Assembly: GCA_002366715.1 (NCBI GenBank)
Contig: DFBS01000008.1
Span: 103,282 to 167,281, forward strand
Direction of reading: 5' to 3'
Length of the DNA stretch: 64,000 nucleotides
Origin: Halomonas sp. UBA3074
GTDB lineage: Bacteria > Pseudomonadota > Gammaproteobacteria > Pseudomonadales > Halomonadaceae
Below are positions 27,448 through 37,364 of this stretch, piece after piece. The number at the start of each line of letters is the position of its first letter. Position 1 is the stretch's first letter. The notes beneath the pieces are model-generated. The model searched no databases. It saw nothing but the letters and a program-made list of their open reading frames with translations, and was not told the DNA's origin. The position numbers were made by a program, and so were the translations under genes.

Positions 27448-29130
27448 TCATTGACCGCGCTCACCAAGGAGCCAACCGGCTGCTTTCTCCGCAATCATCA
27501 GCGTGGGTGAGTTGGTATTGCCACTGGTAATCGTCGGCATAATACTCGCATCAGCCACACGTAGCCCGCTAATGCCATGTACTCGCAGCCGACTATCGAC
27601 TACGGCCATGGCGTCATCTTCACGGCCCATTTTGGCAGTGCCAACAGGATGAAAAATCGTCGTGCCTATATCCCCCGCCAGCCGGGTTAGCTCGTCATCG
27701 GTTTGGTACTCAACACCGGGCTTCACTTCTTCTGGAGCGTACTTGGCAAACGCGGTCTGTTCGGCGATCCGCCGGGTGACACGCAGAGAATCCGCGGCCA
27801 CCTTTCGATCCTCGGGTGTGCTCAGGTAATTGGGCGAAATAGCCGGTGCCTGTCGGGGGTCGCTGCTTTTTAGCCGCACCGTGCCACGACTGGTCGGATT
27901 CAAGTTACACACGCTAGCGGTAATCGCCGGGTACGGGTGCAGTGGTTGGCCAAAAGCCTCCAGGCTCAGCGGTTGCACATGGTATTGAATATTGGGGTAC
28001 GTTTGTTCCTTAGAGCTGCGGGTAAACGCCCCTAACTGTGAAGGCGCCATACTCATAGGCCCAGAGCGTTTAAGCAGGTACTCCAAGCCAATCCCCGCTT
28101 TGCCCAACAGGGTGCTGGCGATGGCATTTAGGGTTTTGCCATTGGTGATTTTATATATCGAGCGAATCTGCAGATGATCCTGCAGGTTCTCCCCCACCCC
28201 AGGCAATTCATGCACTAATTCAACGCCCTGTTCGTTTAGCAATTCCCTCGACCCCACGCCGGAAAGCTGGAGTAGATGCGGTGTACCGATAGCCCCCGCG
28301 CAAAGCACCACCTCGCCGCTCACCATGGCACGCTGCACCTGACCATCCCGCTCTACCTCCACACCCGTGCAGCGCAGCGCCTCCCCCTGCTTTTCAAATA
28401 GCAGTCGATTGACCTGAGTGGAGTGCCAAAGCGTTAAGTTGTCGCGCTTCAACGCGGGTCGCAAAAACGCTTTAGCAGTATTCCAGCGCCAGCCCGAGCG
28501 CTGATTAACCTCAAAGTAGGCCACGCCTTCGTTAGAGCCGCGGTTAAAGTCCTCGGTACGTGGAATACCTGCCTGGACGGCAGCCTCGGCAAAATCATCC
28601 AACACTTGCCATTTGAGGCGCTGCTTTTCGATCCGCCATTCGCCACCGTGACCGTGGAAATCTCGATGCTTCGCATCGGCATCACCGCCGCCGTCAAGAC
28701 GATAGTGATCTTCGTGCTTGATGAAATCGGGTAAGCAGTTCTCCCACCTCCAGGCATCGTCGCCCGCCACCTCAGCCCAGTGATCGTAATCCCGGGCCTG
28801 CCCACGCATGTAAATCATGCCATTGATGCTGGAACAGCCGCCCAGCGTCTTGCCCCGCGGATAGATCAACGAGCGGCCATTAAGCCCCTTGTCCGGCTCG
28901 GTGCGAAACAGCCAGTCGGTACGCGGGTTATTGATGCAGTAGAGGTAGCCCACCGGAATATGAATCCAGTGGTAATTGTCGCGTCCGCCCGCTTCTATCA
29001 ACAGGACACGGTGGTTAGGGTTGGCACTTAGCCGATTCGCCAGCAGGCACCCTGCGGTGCCTGCTCCCACTACGATATAGTCAAACTCTAAACCCGCATC
29101 CGGCGTTGCTTGTGATTGTTGTTGAGCCAT
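27448..29130 (-). CDS. GMC family FAD-dependent oxidoreductase (choline/alcohol dehydrogenase-like)
   Basis: N-terminal [43 protein letters not shown], and C-terminal [27 protein letters not shown]. Confidence 0.9.
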   Translation of the reverse strand: MAQQQSQATPDAGLEFDYIVVGAGTAGCLLANRLSANPNHRVLLIEAGGRDNYHWIHIPVGYLYCINNPRTDWLFRTEPDKGLNGRSLIYPRGKTLGGCSSINGMIYMRGQARDYDHWAEVAGDDAWRWENCLPDFIKHEDHYRLDGGGDADAKHRDFHGHGGEWRIEKQRLKWQVLDDFAEAAVQAGIPRTEDFNRGSNEGVAYFEVNQRSGWRWNTAKAFLRPALKRDNLTLWHSTQVNRLLFEKQGEALRCTGVEVERDGQVQRAMVSGEVVLCAGAIGTPHLLQLSGVGSRELLNEQGVELVHELPGVGENLQDHLQIRSIYKITNGKTLNAIASTLLGKAGIGLEYLLKRSGPMSMAPSQLGAFTRSSKEQTYPNIQYHVQPLSLEAFGQPLHPYPAITASVCNLNPTSRGTVRLKSSDPRQAPAISPNYLSTPEDRKVAADSLRVTRRIAEQTAFAKYAPEEVKPGVEYQTDDELTRLAGDIGTTIFHPVGTAKMGREDDAMAVVDSRLRVHGISGLRVADASIMPTITSGNTNSPTLMIAEKAAGWLLGERGQ

Positions 29131-29150
29131 TATTGTTATCTCCGCTGGGC

Positions 29151-30662
29151 TTACTTCGCGGTCGGCATGACGAACTCAGCACCGGCATCGATGGAGTCCG
29201 ACCAGCGCTGCATAATTGATTTCTGCTTGGTGTAAAAACGTACGCCCTCTTCACCGTAGGCATGGGTATCGCCAAATAAGGAGCGCTTCCAGCCGCCAAA
29301 GCCATGCCACGCCATCGGCACCGGGATAGGCACATTGATCCCCACCATGCCGACCTGAATACGGCGGCCAAACTCCCGTGCCACCGTACCGCTTTCAGTG
29401 AAACAGCTAACGCCGTTGCCAAACTCGTGATCGTTAATCAACTGGATCGCAGTGGCGATATCCGGCACCCGCACACAGACCAATACGGGACCAAAAATCT
29501 CCTCTTTATAGATCGTCATCTCGGGGGTGACGTTGTCGAACAGCGTGCCGCCCATCCAGAAGCCTTCGGCACAGCTCTCACCCGCCGCTGAGGCCTCAAA
29601 GGTACGGCCATCGACGACCAGTTCAGCGCCTTCCGCCACGCCTTTTTCGATATAGCCGGTAATCCGCTGGTGGGCTTGGCGGGTCACAATGGGGCCCATT
29701 TCCGCATCAAGATGCATACCGTCTTTTACTTTTAGCGCTTTAGCCCGCTCAGCCAGTGCCGGGACGACTTTATCCGCCACGTCGCCGACCAACACCGCCA
29801 CACTAATCGCCATGCAACGCTCACCGGCAGAGCCGTAGGCGGCGCCGATCAGCGCATCGACTGCTTTATCAAGGTGGGCATCCGGCATCACCACCATGTG
29901 ATTTTTAGCCCCACCGAGTGCTTGAATACGCTTGCCATTCCGCGCGCCGCGCTCGTAGATCAAATTGGCAATCGGCGTAGAGCCCACAAACGACAGCGCC
30001 TTAACGTGCGGATGGTCGAGCAGCGCTTCCACCGAATCCTTGTCGCCCTGTACGACGTTGAAAACGCCGTCGGGTAGACCCGCCTGTTTCAGTAGGTCCG
30101 CCATCAACAGTGAGGCACTAGGGTCAAGCGGGCTTGGCTTCAAGATAAACGTATTACCCGCCGCAATGGCTAGTGGGAACATCCACATCGGCACCATGGC
30201 CGGGAAATTAAATGGCGTTATACCCGCGACCACGCCTAACGGCTGGCGCATCGTCCAGTTATCGATGCCGGTACTTACCTGCTCGGTATAGTCACCCTTG
30301 AGCAACTGGGGGATTCCGCACGCGAATTCAACAATATCAATACCACGTGCGACTTCCCCCTGGGCATCGGTAAATACTTTACCGTGCTCCTTGGTAATCG
30401 CTTCGGCTAGCTCGTCTTTGTGGACATTTAACAGCTCTAGAAACTTGAACATTACTCGGGCACGGCGAATGGGCGGTGTATCGGCCCAGGCCGGAAAGGC
30501 GGCTTGAGCCGCTTCGACAGCGGTGTTCACATCTTGTGATGAAGCGAGCGATACACGGCCAGTCACGCGGCCGGTGGCGGGGTTAAAAACGTCCTGAGCG
30601 TTTGAAGACTCGCCAGCGGTGGCCTGGCCATTAATAAAGTGCTGAATCGCTGTTGTTGTCAT
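29151..30662 (-). CDS. mmsA: CoA-acylating methylmalonate/malonate-semialdehyde dehydrogenase
   Basis: 503 aa. [30 protein letters not shown], catalytic-Cys region [12 protein letters not shown] and [21 protein letters not shown] are typical of MmsA. Confidence 0.9.
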   Translation of the reverse strand: MTTTAIQHFINGQATAGESSNAQDVFNPATGRVTGRVSLASSQDVNTAVEAAQAAFPAWADTPPIRRARVMFKFLELLNVHKDELAEAITKEHGKVFTDAQGEVARGIDIVEFACGIPQLLKGDYTEQVSTGIDNWTMRQPLGVVAGITPFNFPAMVPMWMFPLAIAAGNTFILKPSPLDPSASLLMADLLKQAGLPDGVFNVVQGDKDSVEALLDHPHVKALSFVGSTPIANLIYERGARNGKRIQALGGAKNHMVVMPDAHLDKAVDALIGAAYGSAGERCMAISVAVLVGDVADKVVPALAERAKALKVKDGMHLDAEMGPIVTRQAHQRITGYIEKGVAEGAELVVDGRTFEASAAGESCAEGFWMGGTLFDNVTPEMTIYKEEIFGPVLVCVRVPDIATAIQLINDHEFGNGVSCFTESGTVAREFGRRIQVGMVGINVPIPVPMAWHGFGGWKRSLFGDTHAYGEEGVRFYTKQKSIMQRWSDSIDAGAEFVMPTAK

Positions 30663-30828
30663 GGGAGTGCCTATTTTAAGAGCGTGGTTTTAAGAGCGTA
30701 GGTTAAATGCTTACGAAAAAGAGCCTGCGTTTAGCCTAGCCTACTGGGCGCTGTGAACAGATCAATTGAGTTATTTAAAAGCCAGTTATAAGCTTTGCTA
30801 ATATCACCGGCATGCGCAGAGGCCCATC

Positions 30829-31743
30829 ATGCAAGACTACGCGACACTCCGCGCCTTCGTGGCCGTTGCAAGAACGGGCAGCGTGTCTCGCGCCGCTGAA
30901 CAGTTACATTTGACGCAACCTGCGATCAGCCTAAAGTTGAAGCAGTTACAGGCCAATTTAGGTCTCACGCTGTTTAGTCGCCGCCCCCAGGGCCTAGCGC
31001 TGACATCCGATGGCCATGCCCTGCTACCCGCCGCTGAAAAAGCCCTGGCCAGCGCCCAGGCGTTTGAGCAAACCGCTGGAACACTGCACAGCACGCTACG
31101 AGGCAAGCTCTCCATCGGCACCATCGTTGACCCGGAATTTCTTCGTTTAGGTGCCTTTTTAAGCCGCCTGATGGCACGGGCGCCCCAATTAGAAACCGAA
31201 CTGCAGCATGGGATGAGCGGCAGCGTTCTTAACCGCATCGCACAGGGTGACCTGGATGTCGGCTTTTATCTGGCACCGCCTGGCGAAGGCCCTGGGTTGA
31301 ACCAGGGACATGAGGCACTGGCTTGGCGCGAGCTGACGCACTTTGATTATCATGTTATTGCCCCTGCTGGCTGGGAAAACCGACTCATTGATACCCGCTG
31401 GGAGCACTTAGCCACGCTACCCTGGATTGTGACGCCACAGGATTCCGCCCACCACCGGCTGCTGAAACAAGCGCTCGCCAAGAGCGGCGCAGTGCCTAAC
31501 CGGGTAGCCCAGGTTGACCAAGAAGCCTGCATGTTGGATTTGGTCCGCGCAGGCGTTGGCTTAAGCCTGGCCCGCGACGCCCTGGCAATGACTGAGCGCC
31601 AAGAGAGCGGCCTGGCAGTTGCAGACAACATCCGCCTGCCCTGCGCATTAAGCTTTGTATGGCGACACGACAGCACTGCCGAGTCGACCGTGAACGCCGC
31701 ACTCAACACGCTGGACGAAGTATGGTCACATCGTTTGGGCTAG
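30829..31743 (+). CDS. LysR family transcriptional regulator, divergent from mmsA
   Basis: wHTH LRAFVAVARTGSVSRAAEQLHLTQPAISLKLKQLQANLGLTLFSR. Confidence 0.9.
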   Translation: MQDYATLRAFVAVARTGSVSRAAEQLHLTQPAISLKLKQLQANLGLTLFSRRPQGLALTSDGHALLPAAEKALASAQAFEQTAGTLHSTLRGKLSIGTIVDPEFLRLGAFLSRLMARAPQLETELQHGMSGSVLNRIAQGDLDVGFYLAPPGEGPGLNQGHEALAWRELTHFDYHVIAPAGWENRLIDTRWEHLATLPWIVTPQDSAHHRLLKQALAKSGAVPNRVAQVDQEACMLDLVRAGVGLSLARDALAMTERQESGLAVADNIRLPCALSFVWRHDSTAESTVNAALNTLDEVWSHRLG

Positions 31744-31841
31744 GTTGTCAGAAAAGGGTTTTAAGGAAAGGGTGGTAAAGAAAGGGAACGCTAAGCCACT
31801 AATCGACTCAACATAAACGATAACTCGCCACCGTCACTGGA

Positions 31842-32519
31842 GTGCTTGCAATGACCCGATTGCCCTTTTCTCGTCCACTCACGCTTTGCGTGTGGGCTGC
31901 CGCTGGTCTCGCCAGCACTTCGCTTTACGCCCAGGCCACTCAAGCGCAATCTTATCAAGCGCCGTCCTCTCAAGCTCAGGGCAATGCAGAAGCCACGTTT
32001 GCAGGCGGCTGCTTCTGGTGTATGGAACCTCCTTACGACAACCAACCCGGTGTTAGCGCCACCATCTCCGGTTATATCGGCGGCGAACTCGAGAACCCTA
32101 CTTATGAGGATATCTCCCGGGGTGGTACGGGTCATGCGGAGGTTGTGCAGATCGAGTATGACTCAGAGAAGATCAGCTACGAGCAATTGTTGGAAATTTT
32201 CTGGCGCAACATCGACCCCTTCGCGGTAGATCGTCAGTTTTGCGATGTAGGCGACCAGTACCGTTCAGCCATCTTTTATCACGATGAAGAACAGCGTGAG
32301 TTAGCCGAAGCATCCAAAGCAGAAATGGAAGAACGCTTTGACCGAGAAATCGCCACCCAAATAGTGCCTGCCACCACCTTCTGGGCGGCCGAGGAGTACC
32401 ACCAGGATTATTATCAAAAGAACCCCGTTCGCTACAAATTCTATCGCTTCAGCTGTGGGCGCGATGGCCGCCTGGAAGAGGTGTGGGGAGAAGAAGCCGG
32501 TGGGCCTACGTTTGAATAA
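31842..32519 (+). CDS. msrA: peptide-methionine (S)-S-oxide reductase MsrA with an N-terminal Sec-type signal peptide
   Basis: Catalytic GGCFWCMEPPY; GHAEVVQIEYD. N-terminus has a basic region, then hydrophobic LTLCVWAAAGLASTSLYA, then an AQA cleavage-like site. Confidence 0.9.
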   Translation: MLAMTRLPFSRPLTLCVWAAAGLASTSLYAQATQAQSYQAPSSQAQGNAEATFAGGCFWCMEPPYDNQPGVSATISGYIGGELENPTYEDISRGGTGHAEVVQIEYDSEKISYEQLLEIFWRNIDPFAVDRQFCDVGDQYRSAIFYHDEEQRELAEASKAEMEERFDREIATQIVPATTFWAAEEYHQDYYQKNPVRYKFYRFSCGRDGRLEEVWGEEAGGPTFE

Positions 32520-32594
32520 ACAACTTCTTTAGCATTTTGCAACTTTCTTCTTTAATAACCGCAGCAGCTTATTAGTAGTAAACGTCATAATATA

Positions 32595-32623
32595 AAGCCC
32601 GCAGATCAAAAGTCTGTGGGCTT
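32595..32623. terminator. hairpin between convergent msrA and gabD (possible bidirectional terminator, weak U-tracts)
   Basis: AAGCCCGCAGA / TCTGTGGGCTT stem (one G-U pair) with a 7-nt loop; the minus-strand side is followed by TATATTATG. Confidence 0.45.
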
Positions 32624-32686
32624 CATCAAACGCTCCTACGTTTTCGTGGAAATCACGCAAAGTTAACCTAATCAGACTAAATTTTT

Positions 32687-34150
32687 CTACTCAGCCGTTT
32701 GCTTAATACCCAAGCACAGATATTTCAGCTCGGTGTATTCATCAATGCCATAGCGTGACCCCTCACGACCGATGCCCGACGATTTGACACCCCCGAAAGG
32801 CGCCGAAGCGGTCGAGATGAGTCCCGTATTAATGCCCACCATGCCATACTCCAATGCTTCCGATACGCGCCAGATCCGTGACACGCTTTCAGCATAGAAA
32901 TACGCCGCCAACCCATACTCCGTATCATTGGCCTGACGTATAACCTCCGCTTCCGTTTCAAACCTGAATACCGGCGCTAGTGGCCCAAAGGTTTCCTCGC
33001 GAGCACATGCCATGTCAGCGGTTACGTCAGCCACGACCGTTGGCTCAAACCAGGTACCGCCTAAGGCGTGTCGCTTACCACCGGTGATTAAGCGACCACC
33101 TTTATCGAGTGCATCCTGCAAATGGGCTTCAACTTTCTCTACCGCCTTTTCAGAGATGAGTGGCCCCACCTCTACGCCTTCGTCGCTACCTTTACCGACA
33201 CTCAGTTCACTGGTGCGCTGGGCCAAACGTTCAACAAATGCATCGTAAACACCGCTTTGCACATAAATACGATTAGCGCAGACACAGGTTTGCCCGGCAT
33301 TACGGAACTTACTGTCCAGCGCCCCAGTAACCGCATCTTCAATATCGGCATCGTCAAACACAATAAACGGCGCATTACCGCCAAGCTCAAGAGACACCTT
33401 TTTGACCGTTGGTGCACAGGCAGCCATTAAATGCGCGCCCACTGGGGTAGAACCGGTAAAGCTCAGTTTGCGCACAATCGGGCTATCGGTCAGCACGGGG
33501 CCAATCGTTTTGGCATCACCGGTAACAATATTAATCACCCCGGCAGGAATGCCCGCTTGCTCGGCTAACGCCGCTAGCGCAAGCGCCGTCAACGGGGTTT
33601 CCATAGCGGGCTTAACGATAATCGTACAACCCGCCGCCAAGGCAGGCGCCACCTTGCGGGTAATCATGGCCGCAGGGAAGTTCCACGGCGTAATCGCCGC
33701 ACAAACGCCCAACGGCTCGCGGGTAACAATGATGCGTTTATCAGTCGCATGACCAGGAATAGTATCGCCGTATAAGCGCTTCGCCTCCTCAGCGAACCAC
33801 TCGATAAAGCTGGCCGCATAGCCGATTTCACCGCGTGCCTCTTTTAACGGCTTCCCTTGCTCCAAGGTCATCAGCTCGCCTAGCGCCGCCTCATTTTCCA
33901 TAATCAGTGCATGCCAGCGTTTTAAAAGCTGCGAACGTTCCGCCGCGGTTTTAGCACGCCAAGCAGGCAATGCGGCATTTGCAGCTTCAATAGCCTGACT
34001 GACTTGCTCCGCGCTCAAGCTAGGGACATGGCCAAGCGTCTCACCGCTAGCAGGGTCGGTGACCGCGACACTACTGCCATCCACTGCGGCCACCCACTGG
34101 CCGTTGATATACGCGTCTTGTTTAAAAAACGTTTGCTTGGAGATAGACAT
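32687..34150 (-). CDS. gabD: NAD(P)-dependent succinate-semialdehyde dehydrogenase
   Basis: ITPWNFPAAMITRKVAPALAAGCTIIVKPA, ELGGNAPFIVF, catalytic NAGQTCVCANRIYV, EETFGPLAP. Start placed at MSISKQ (34150) with AAGGA upstream. Confidence 0.9.
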   Translation of the reverse strand: MSISKQTFFKQDAYINGQWVAAVDGSSVAVTDPASGETLGHVPSLSAEQVSQAIEAANAALPAWRAKTAAERSQLLKRWHALIMENEAALGELMTLEQGKPLKEARGEIGYAASFIEWFAEEAKRLYGDTIPGHATDKRIIVTREPLGVCAAITPWNFPAAMITRKVAPALAAGCTIIVKPAMETPLTALALAALAEQAGIPAGVINIVTGDAKTIGPVLTDSPIVRKLSFTGSTPVGAHLMAACAPTVKKVSLELGGNAPFIVFDDADIEDAVTGALDSKFRNAGQTCVCANRIYVQSGVYDAFVERLAQRTSELSVGKGSDEGVEVGPLISEKAVEKVEAHLQDALDKGGRLITGGKRHALGGTWFEPTVVADVTADMACAREETFGPLAPVFRFETEAEVIRQANDTEYGLAAYFYAESVSRIWRVSEALEYGMVGINTGLISTASAPFGGVKSSGIGREGSRYGIDEYTELKYLCLGIKQTAE

Positions 34151-34173
34151 TATTTTTCCTTTCAAAGTGAAGG

Positions 34174-35772
34174 TTAGGTAAGTTCTTGACGCCAACGTCG
34201 CTGTTTTTTGACCAGCGTAGACTGATCGATACCCAATGCAGCGGCTGCCGCTCGGGTCGTACCATGGCGAGTAAGCGCCTGTTGAATGACTTGCTGTTCA
34301 AACTGCATTACCTGCTGGCGAAGATCACCACTCACGGGCGGTTGGCTAAACAGAGTGCTTGGAAATATCTCGTTCGGCAGTGCCGTTGCGGTTATCTCAT
34401 CGTCTGAAACCGTGACGGATAAACGCTCGGTTAAGTTGATCAGCTCACGAATATTGCCAGGCCACGAATAGCTAGAAAGCAACTCCAACGCCTCGGGGTT
34501 CCAGCCCCTTTCTACCCCATGCAACTGATTAAAATGGTCTAAGTAATAGTTCAGCAATGGAATCACCTCATCGCGTCGTTGCCGCAAAGGAGGCAGCCAT
34601 AGCGGCACCACGCTAATGCGATAAAACAGATCCTCGCGAAAGAGCCCTTGCTTTACCCGATCATTTAAATCCTGGTGAGTAGCGGTAATCAGACGTACGT
34701 TGGCATGACGAAAAGCTGTCCCACCTACCGGCAAGTAGCGATTCTCTTCCACCACTTTGAGTAGTTTTACCTGCAGTGCGAGAGGTAAATCGCCAATTTC
34801 ATCCAGAAAAAGCGTACCGCCATGAGCCACATCCAATAGCCCCTGTTTGCCTCTAGGGGACGCCCCGGTAAATGCGCCTGCGGTGTAACCAAACAGCTCC
34901 GCTTCCAGCAACCCTTCAGGAAATGCCGTACAGTTAAGCTCCATAAAAGGTCCATCCGCACGGTCGCTTTGCTGATGTATATAGCGGGCCAATAGCGTTT
35001 TACCGGTGCCTGTTTCACCTTGAATCAGAATCTTCGCCGTTGTTTTCGCGACTCGACTGGCAAGCGCAAAGCAGGGCTCCGTTTGTTGGCTAGTGATCAC
35101 CCCCGGCGCGCTTAGCGCCATAACCTCGGGCACTTTATATGCCTCGCGGATGCGCTGAATTTGCTCTAGCTGCTCTTGGGCATGTTTCGCCAGTAGCAAC
35201 TCAGTGATATCCCGAACACTGGTAACCACATAAGCAATCGAGCCATCGGCACTGAACATAGGCGTTCCAGTGACTACGATCTTGCGGCTGTTATGGATAG
35301 TCTGCGCCAGCGTAATCGGGCGGCGTTCACGGATGACTTCCAACGACGCGGATTTGGAAATAAACCCTGCCTTCACCAAATCCGCCATATGAAAGCCCAC
35401 TACCTCAGCGCGCGAAATGCCGGTGATACGTTCATAGGCTTTATTGATCGTTACCGTAATACCGTTGGCATCGGTGATATAAACCCCGTCATGCAAAGCA
35501 TCCAACAGTGAACGCATCGGCTCTTGGTCAAAACCAAACGCATCTACGCTTTCAGCTTCCACCGGCGGTTTAATACCGGTGACACGGTAGCGAATACACT
35601 CGCCCACCAACTGGCCCAACGTCGCATCACACTGCGCCTTTTCGATATCGGTACGGGTCAACACCCCAATGACCTGACCTTGGGTATCAAAGACTTCCAC
35701 CGCATCAGTGCCGTGTAAATCAAATAACGGCAGTGCGGTTTCCAGTGAAAGCCCCTCTTCGATCCGTTGCAT
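34174..35772 (-). CDS. sigma-54-dependent transcriptional activator (short CBS-like N-terminus + PAS + AAA+ + Fis-type HTH)
   Basis: PAS LLDALHDGVYITDANGITVTINKAYERITG, Walker A GETGTGKT, GAFTGA loop (ELFGYTAGAFTGA), C-terminal HTH TRAAAAALGIDQSTLVKK. Start at ATG 35772 (GAGGAA 5 nt upstream); the track's extension to 35955 overlaps the upstream gene. Confidence 0.9.
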   Translation of the reverse strand: MQRIEEGLSLETALPLFDLHGTDAVEVFDTQGQVIGVLTRTDIEKAQCDATLGQLVGECIRYRVTGIKPPVEAESVDAFGFDQEPMRSLLDALHDGVYITDANGITVTINKAYERITGISRAEVVGFHMADLVKAGFISKSASLEVIRERRPITLAQTIHNSRKIVVTGTPMFSADGSIAYVVTSVRDITELLLAKHAQEQLEQIQRIREAYKVPEVMALSAPGVITSQQTEPCFALASRVAKTTAKILIQGETGTGKTLLARYIHQQSDRADGPFMELNCTAFPEGLLEAELFGYTAGAFTGASPRGKQGLLDVAHGGTLFLDEIGDLPLALQVKLLKVVEENRYLPVGGTAFRHANVRLITATHQDLNDRVKQGLFREDLFYRISVVPLWLPPLRQRRDEVIPLLNYYLDHFNQLHGVERGWNPEALELLSSYSWPGNIRELINLTERLSVTVSDDEITATALPNEIFPSTLFSQPPVSGDLRQQVMQFEQQVIQQALTRHGTTRAAAAALGIDQSTLVKKQRRWRQELT

Positions 35773-35866
35773 AACAGTTCCTCTCACAGGCCAGGTCCAC
35801 CGCCTAAGCGGTGAACACTGGTTTTCCAACCTTTTGGCGATTAAACCACTATAAAGGCAGAGACTG

Positions 35867-37288
35867 TTATTTGCGCAATGGCACTTCCGGCTCAGGATCC
35901 TCAACGGGCTGGGATGCCTCATCCCAATCCTTAACGAAAGTTTTATCCACCTCACCGGAGAAGAAGCGCTTACCGTAAATTAACGCGCAAAGCAAAATGC
36001 CCACCCCAAAGGCCCAGGTAGCGCCCTTTATCACCAGCATGGCCGCGATAATGCCCGCGATACCCAAGTCCCGTTGGCTGCGCGCTTCCATAATGCCGAT
36101 GCGCACACTGACATAGCCTTGAATCAACAGCGTCAGCGCCAGCGCAATTCCTAGAATAGGCTCCACCAGGCTCACGATCGGCAGCAACAACAGCCCCGTA
36201 TTCGTCCCCCAGCGAAATGAACCAGAACCACCGAAGATAGAGTTCATCGCCGCTTTGCCCTGCTTGTAACGCTCAACCGTTACCACATGCATCGCTGCCC
36301 AGAGCGGACCACACATCACCACATCAGGGCCAAAAATACTCATCCCAAAGTTACGCCCACCAAAAATCATATGAGCGCGGTTAGGGTTATAGTCGATTTT
36401 TTCATCCTGGCGCTTCTCATCAGCTTCTTCCAAAAGTGCCTTGCTTTGAAGCACATCGCCAAATAGCACAATGTAGGCCGCAATAACGGTCGGAATGGCC
36501 GTTAAAAACATCATCAACGGAGGTAAACCAACGCCAAATACCGTGTATTCACTGAACATCAGCGCGAAATCAGGCTGACTAAAGCCCCACTCAACGTCTG
36601 GCCAGGGCGCTTCACCAAACAGTGGAGCCACCACAATCGCCAGCACGATAATCGGGAAAATACCCAGTTTACCCACGGCACCCCACAGGCCGCCCTGCGC
36701 TTTCAGCTTGTTGAAATGGCGAGAGAAAATCAGATAAAACGCGACACCTACGGCAATCGCAATGGTAAAGGGGTACTGCTCAAAACGACCGCCTTCATCA
36801 AACACCACCACTATGGCGGCTAAGCCCGCGCCCATAATGACCCCCGCTTTAATGGCGGAAGGAATGAGCCGCACCACTTTACTGGCCATACCCGTTACCC
36901 CCAGGCCCAGTGCCAGTACCCCCAACATCATCTGAAAGGCAATCAGCGCATGCACCCTGTCTACCCCCTCGGGAAAGGTCGACACATAAGCCATCAACAG
37001 CGGAATAGCAGGTGTGATCCACCCTGGAATGACAGGGTCACCCAACAGGTGATGCAGCAAATAAAGCAAGCCATTTAAAATGACGATGGCCAACGCCGCT
37101 TCAAACGGCATGCCCAGTAGCTGCATCATCAATGGGATCGCGGCAAGATCCACCGCGCACATCAAAAGCCCTTGCAGGTAATCGGGCAGTTCAAAACGAT
37201 AATGGTAAAACGGCAGGCGTAGCTTAAACGGCCCTAATGGTGTGTACGGGCTTTCTTCACCGTCAACGCGTTGCTTCCAAGCGCTCAT
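35867..37288 (-). CDS. uncharacterised polytopic inner-membrane protein, probable transporter (473 aa; family not securely recognised)
   Basis: About 12 hydrophobic segments. Sits between the Fe-ADH and the sigma-54 activator on the same strand. I recognise no signature motif of MFS, APC, DASS or TRAP families. Confidence 0.6.
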   Translation of the reverse strand: MSAWKQRVDGEESPYTPLGPFKLRLPFYHYRFELPDYLQGLLMCAVDLAAIPLMMQLLGMPFEAALAIVILNGLLYLLHHLLGDPVIPGWITPAIPLLMAYVSTFPEGVDRVHALIAFQMMLGVLALGLGVTGMASKVVRLIPSAIKAGVIMGAGLAAIVVVFDEGGRFEQYPFTIAIAVGVAFYLIFSRHFNKLKAQGGLWGAVGKLGIFPIIVLAIVVAPLFGEAPWPDVEWGFSQPDFALMFSEYTVFGVGLPPLMMFLTAIPTVIAAYIVLFGDVLQSKALLEEADEKRQDEKIDYNPNRAHMIFGGRNFGMSIFGPDVVMCGPLWAAMHVVTVERYKQGKAAMNSIFGGSGSFRWGTNTGLLLLPIVSLVEPILGIALALTLLIQGYVSVRIGIMEARSQRDLGIAGIIAAMLVIKGATWAFGVGILLCALIYGKRFFSGEVDKTFVKDWDEASQPVEDPEPEVPLRK

Positions 37289-37364
37289 GGCATGGACTCC
37301 TGTTTAAAGTTGTTAGTATTTTTAATAAACGTTTTGTCGTTATAGCGTTTTAATTAGCGACGAA

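Noticed and set aside
35773-35955. 5' extension of the sigma-54 activator ORF. The nadE ORF (51672-51758) and the ORFs at 5700, 7088, 13243 and 34195 have similar extensions.
   Set aside because: The extensions overlap upstream genes or lack an RBS. Internal ATGs with good Shine-Dalgarno spacing reproduce the family-typical N-termini.
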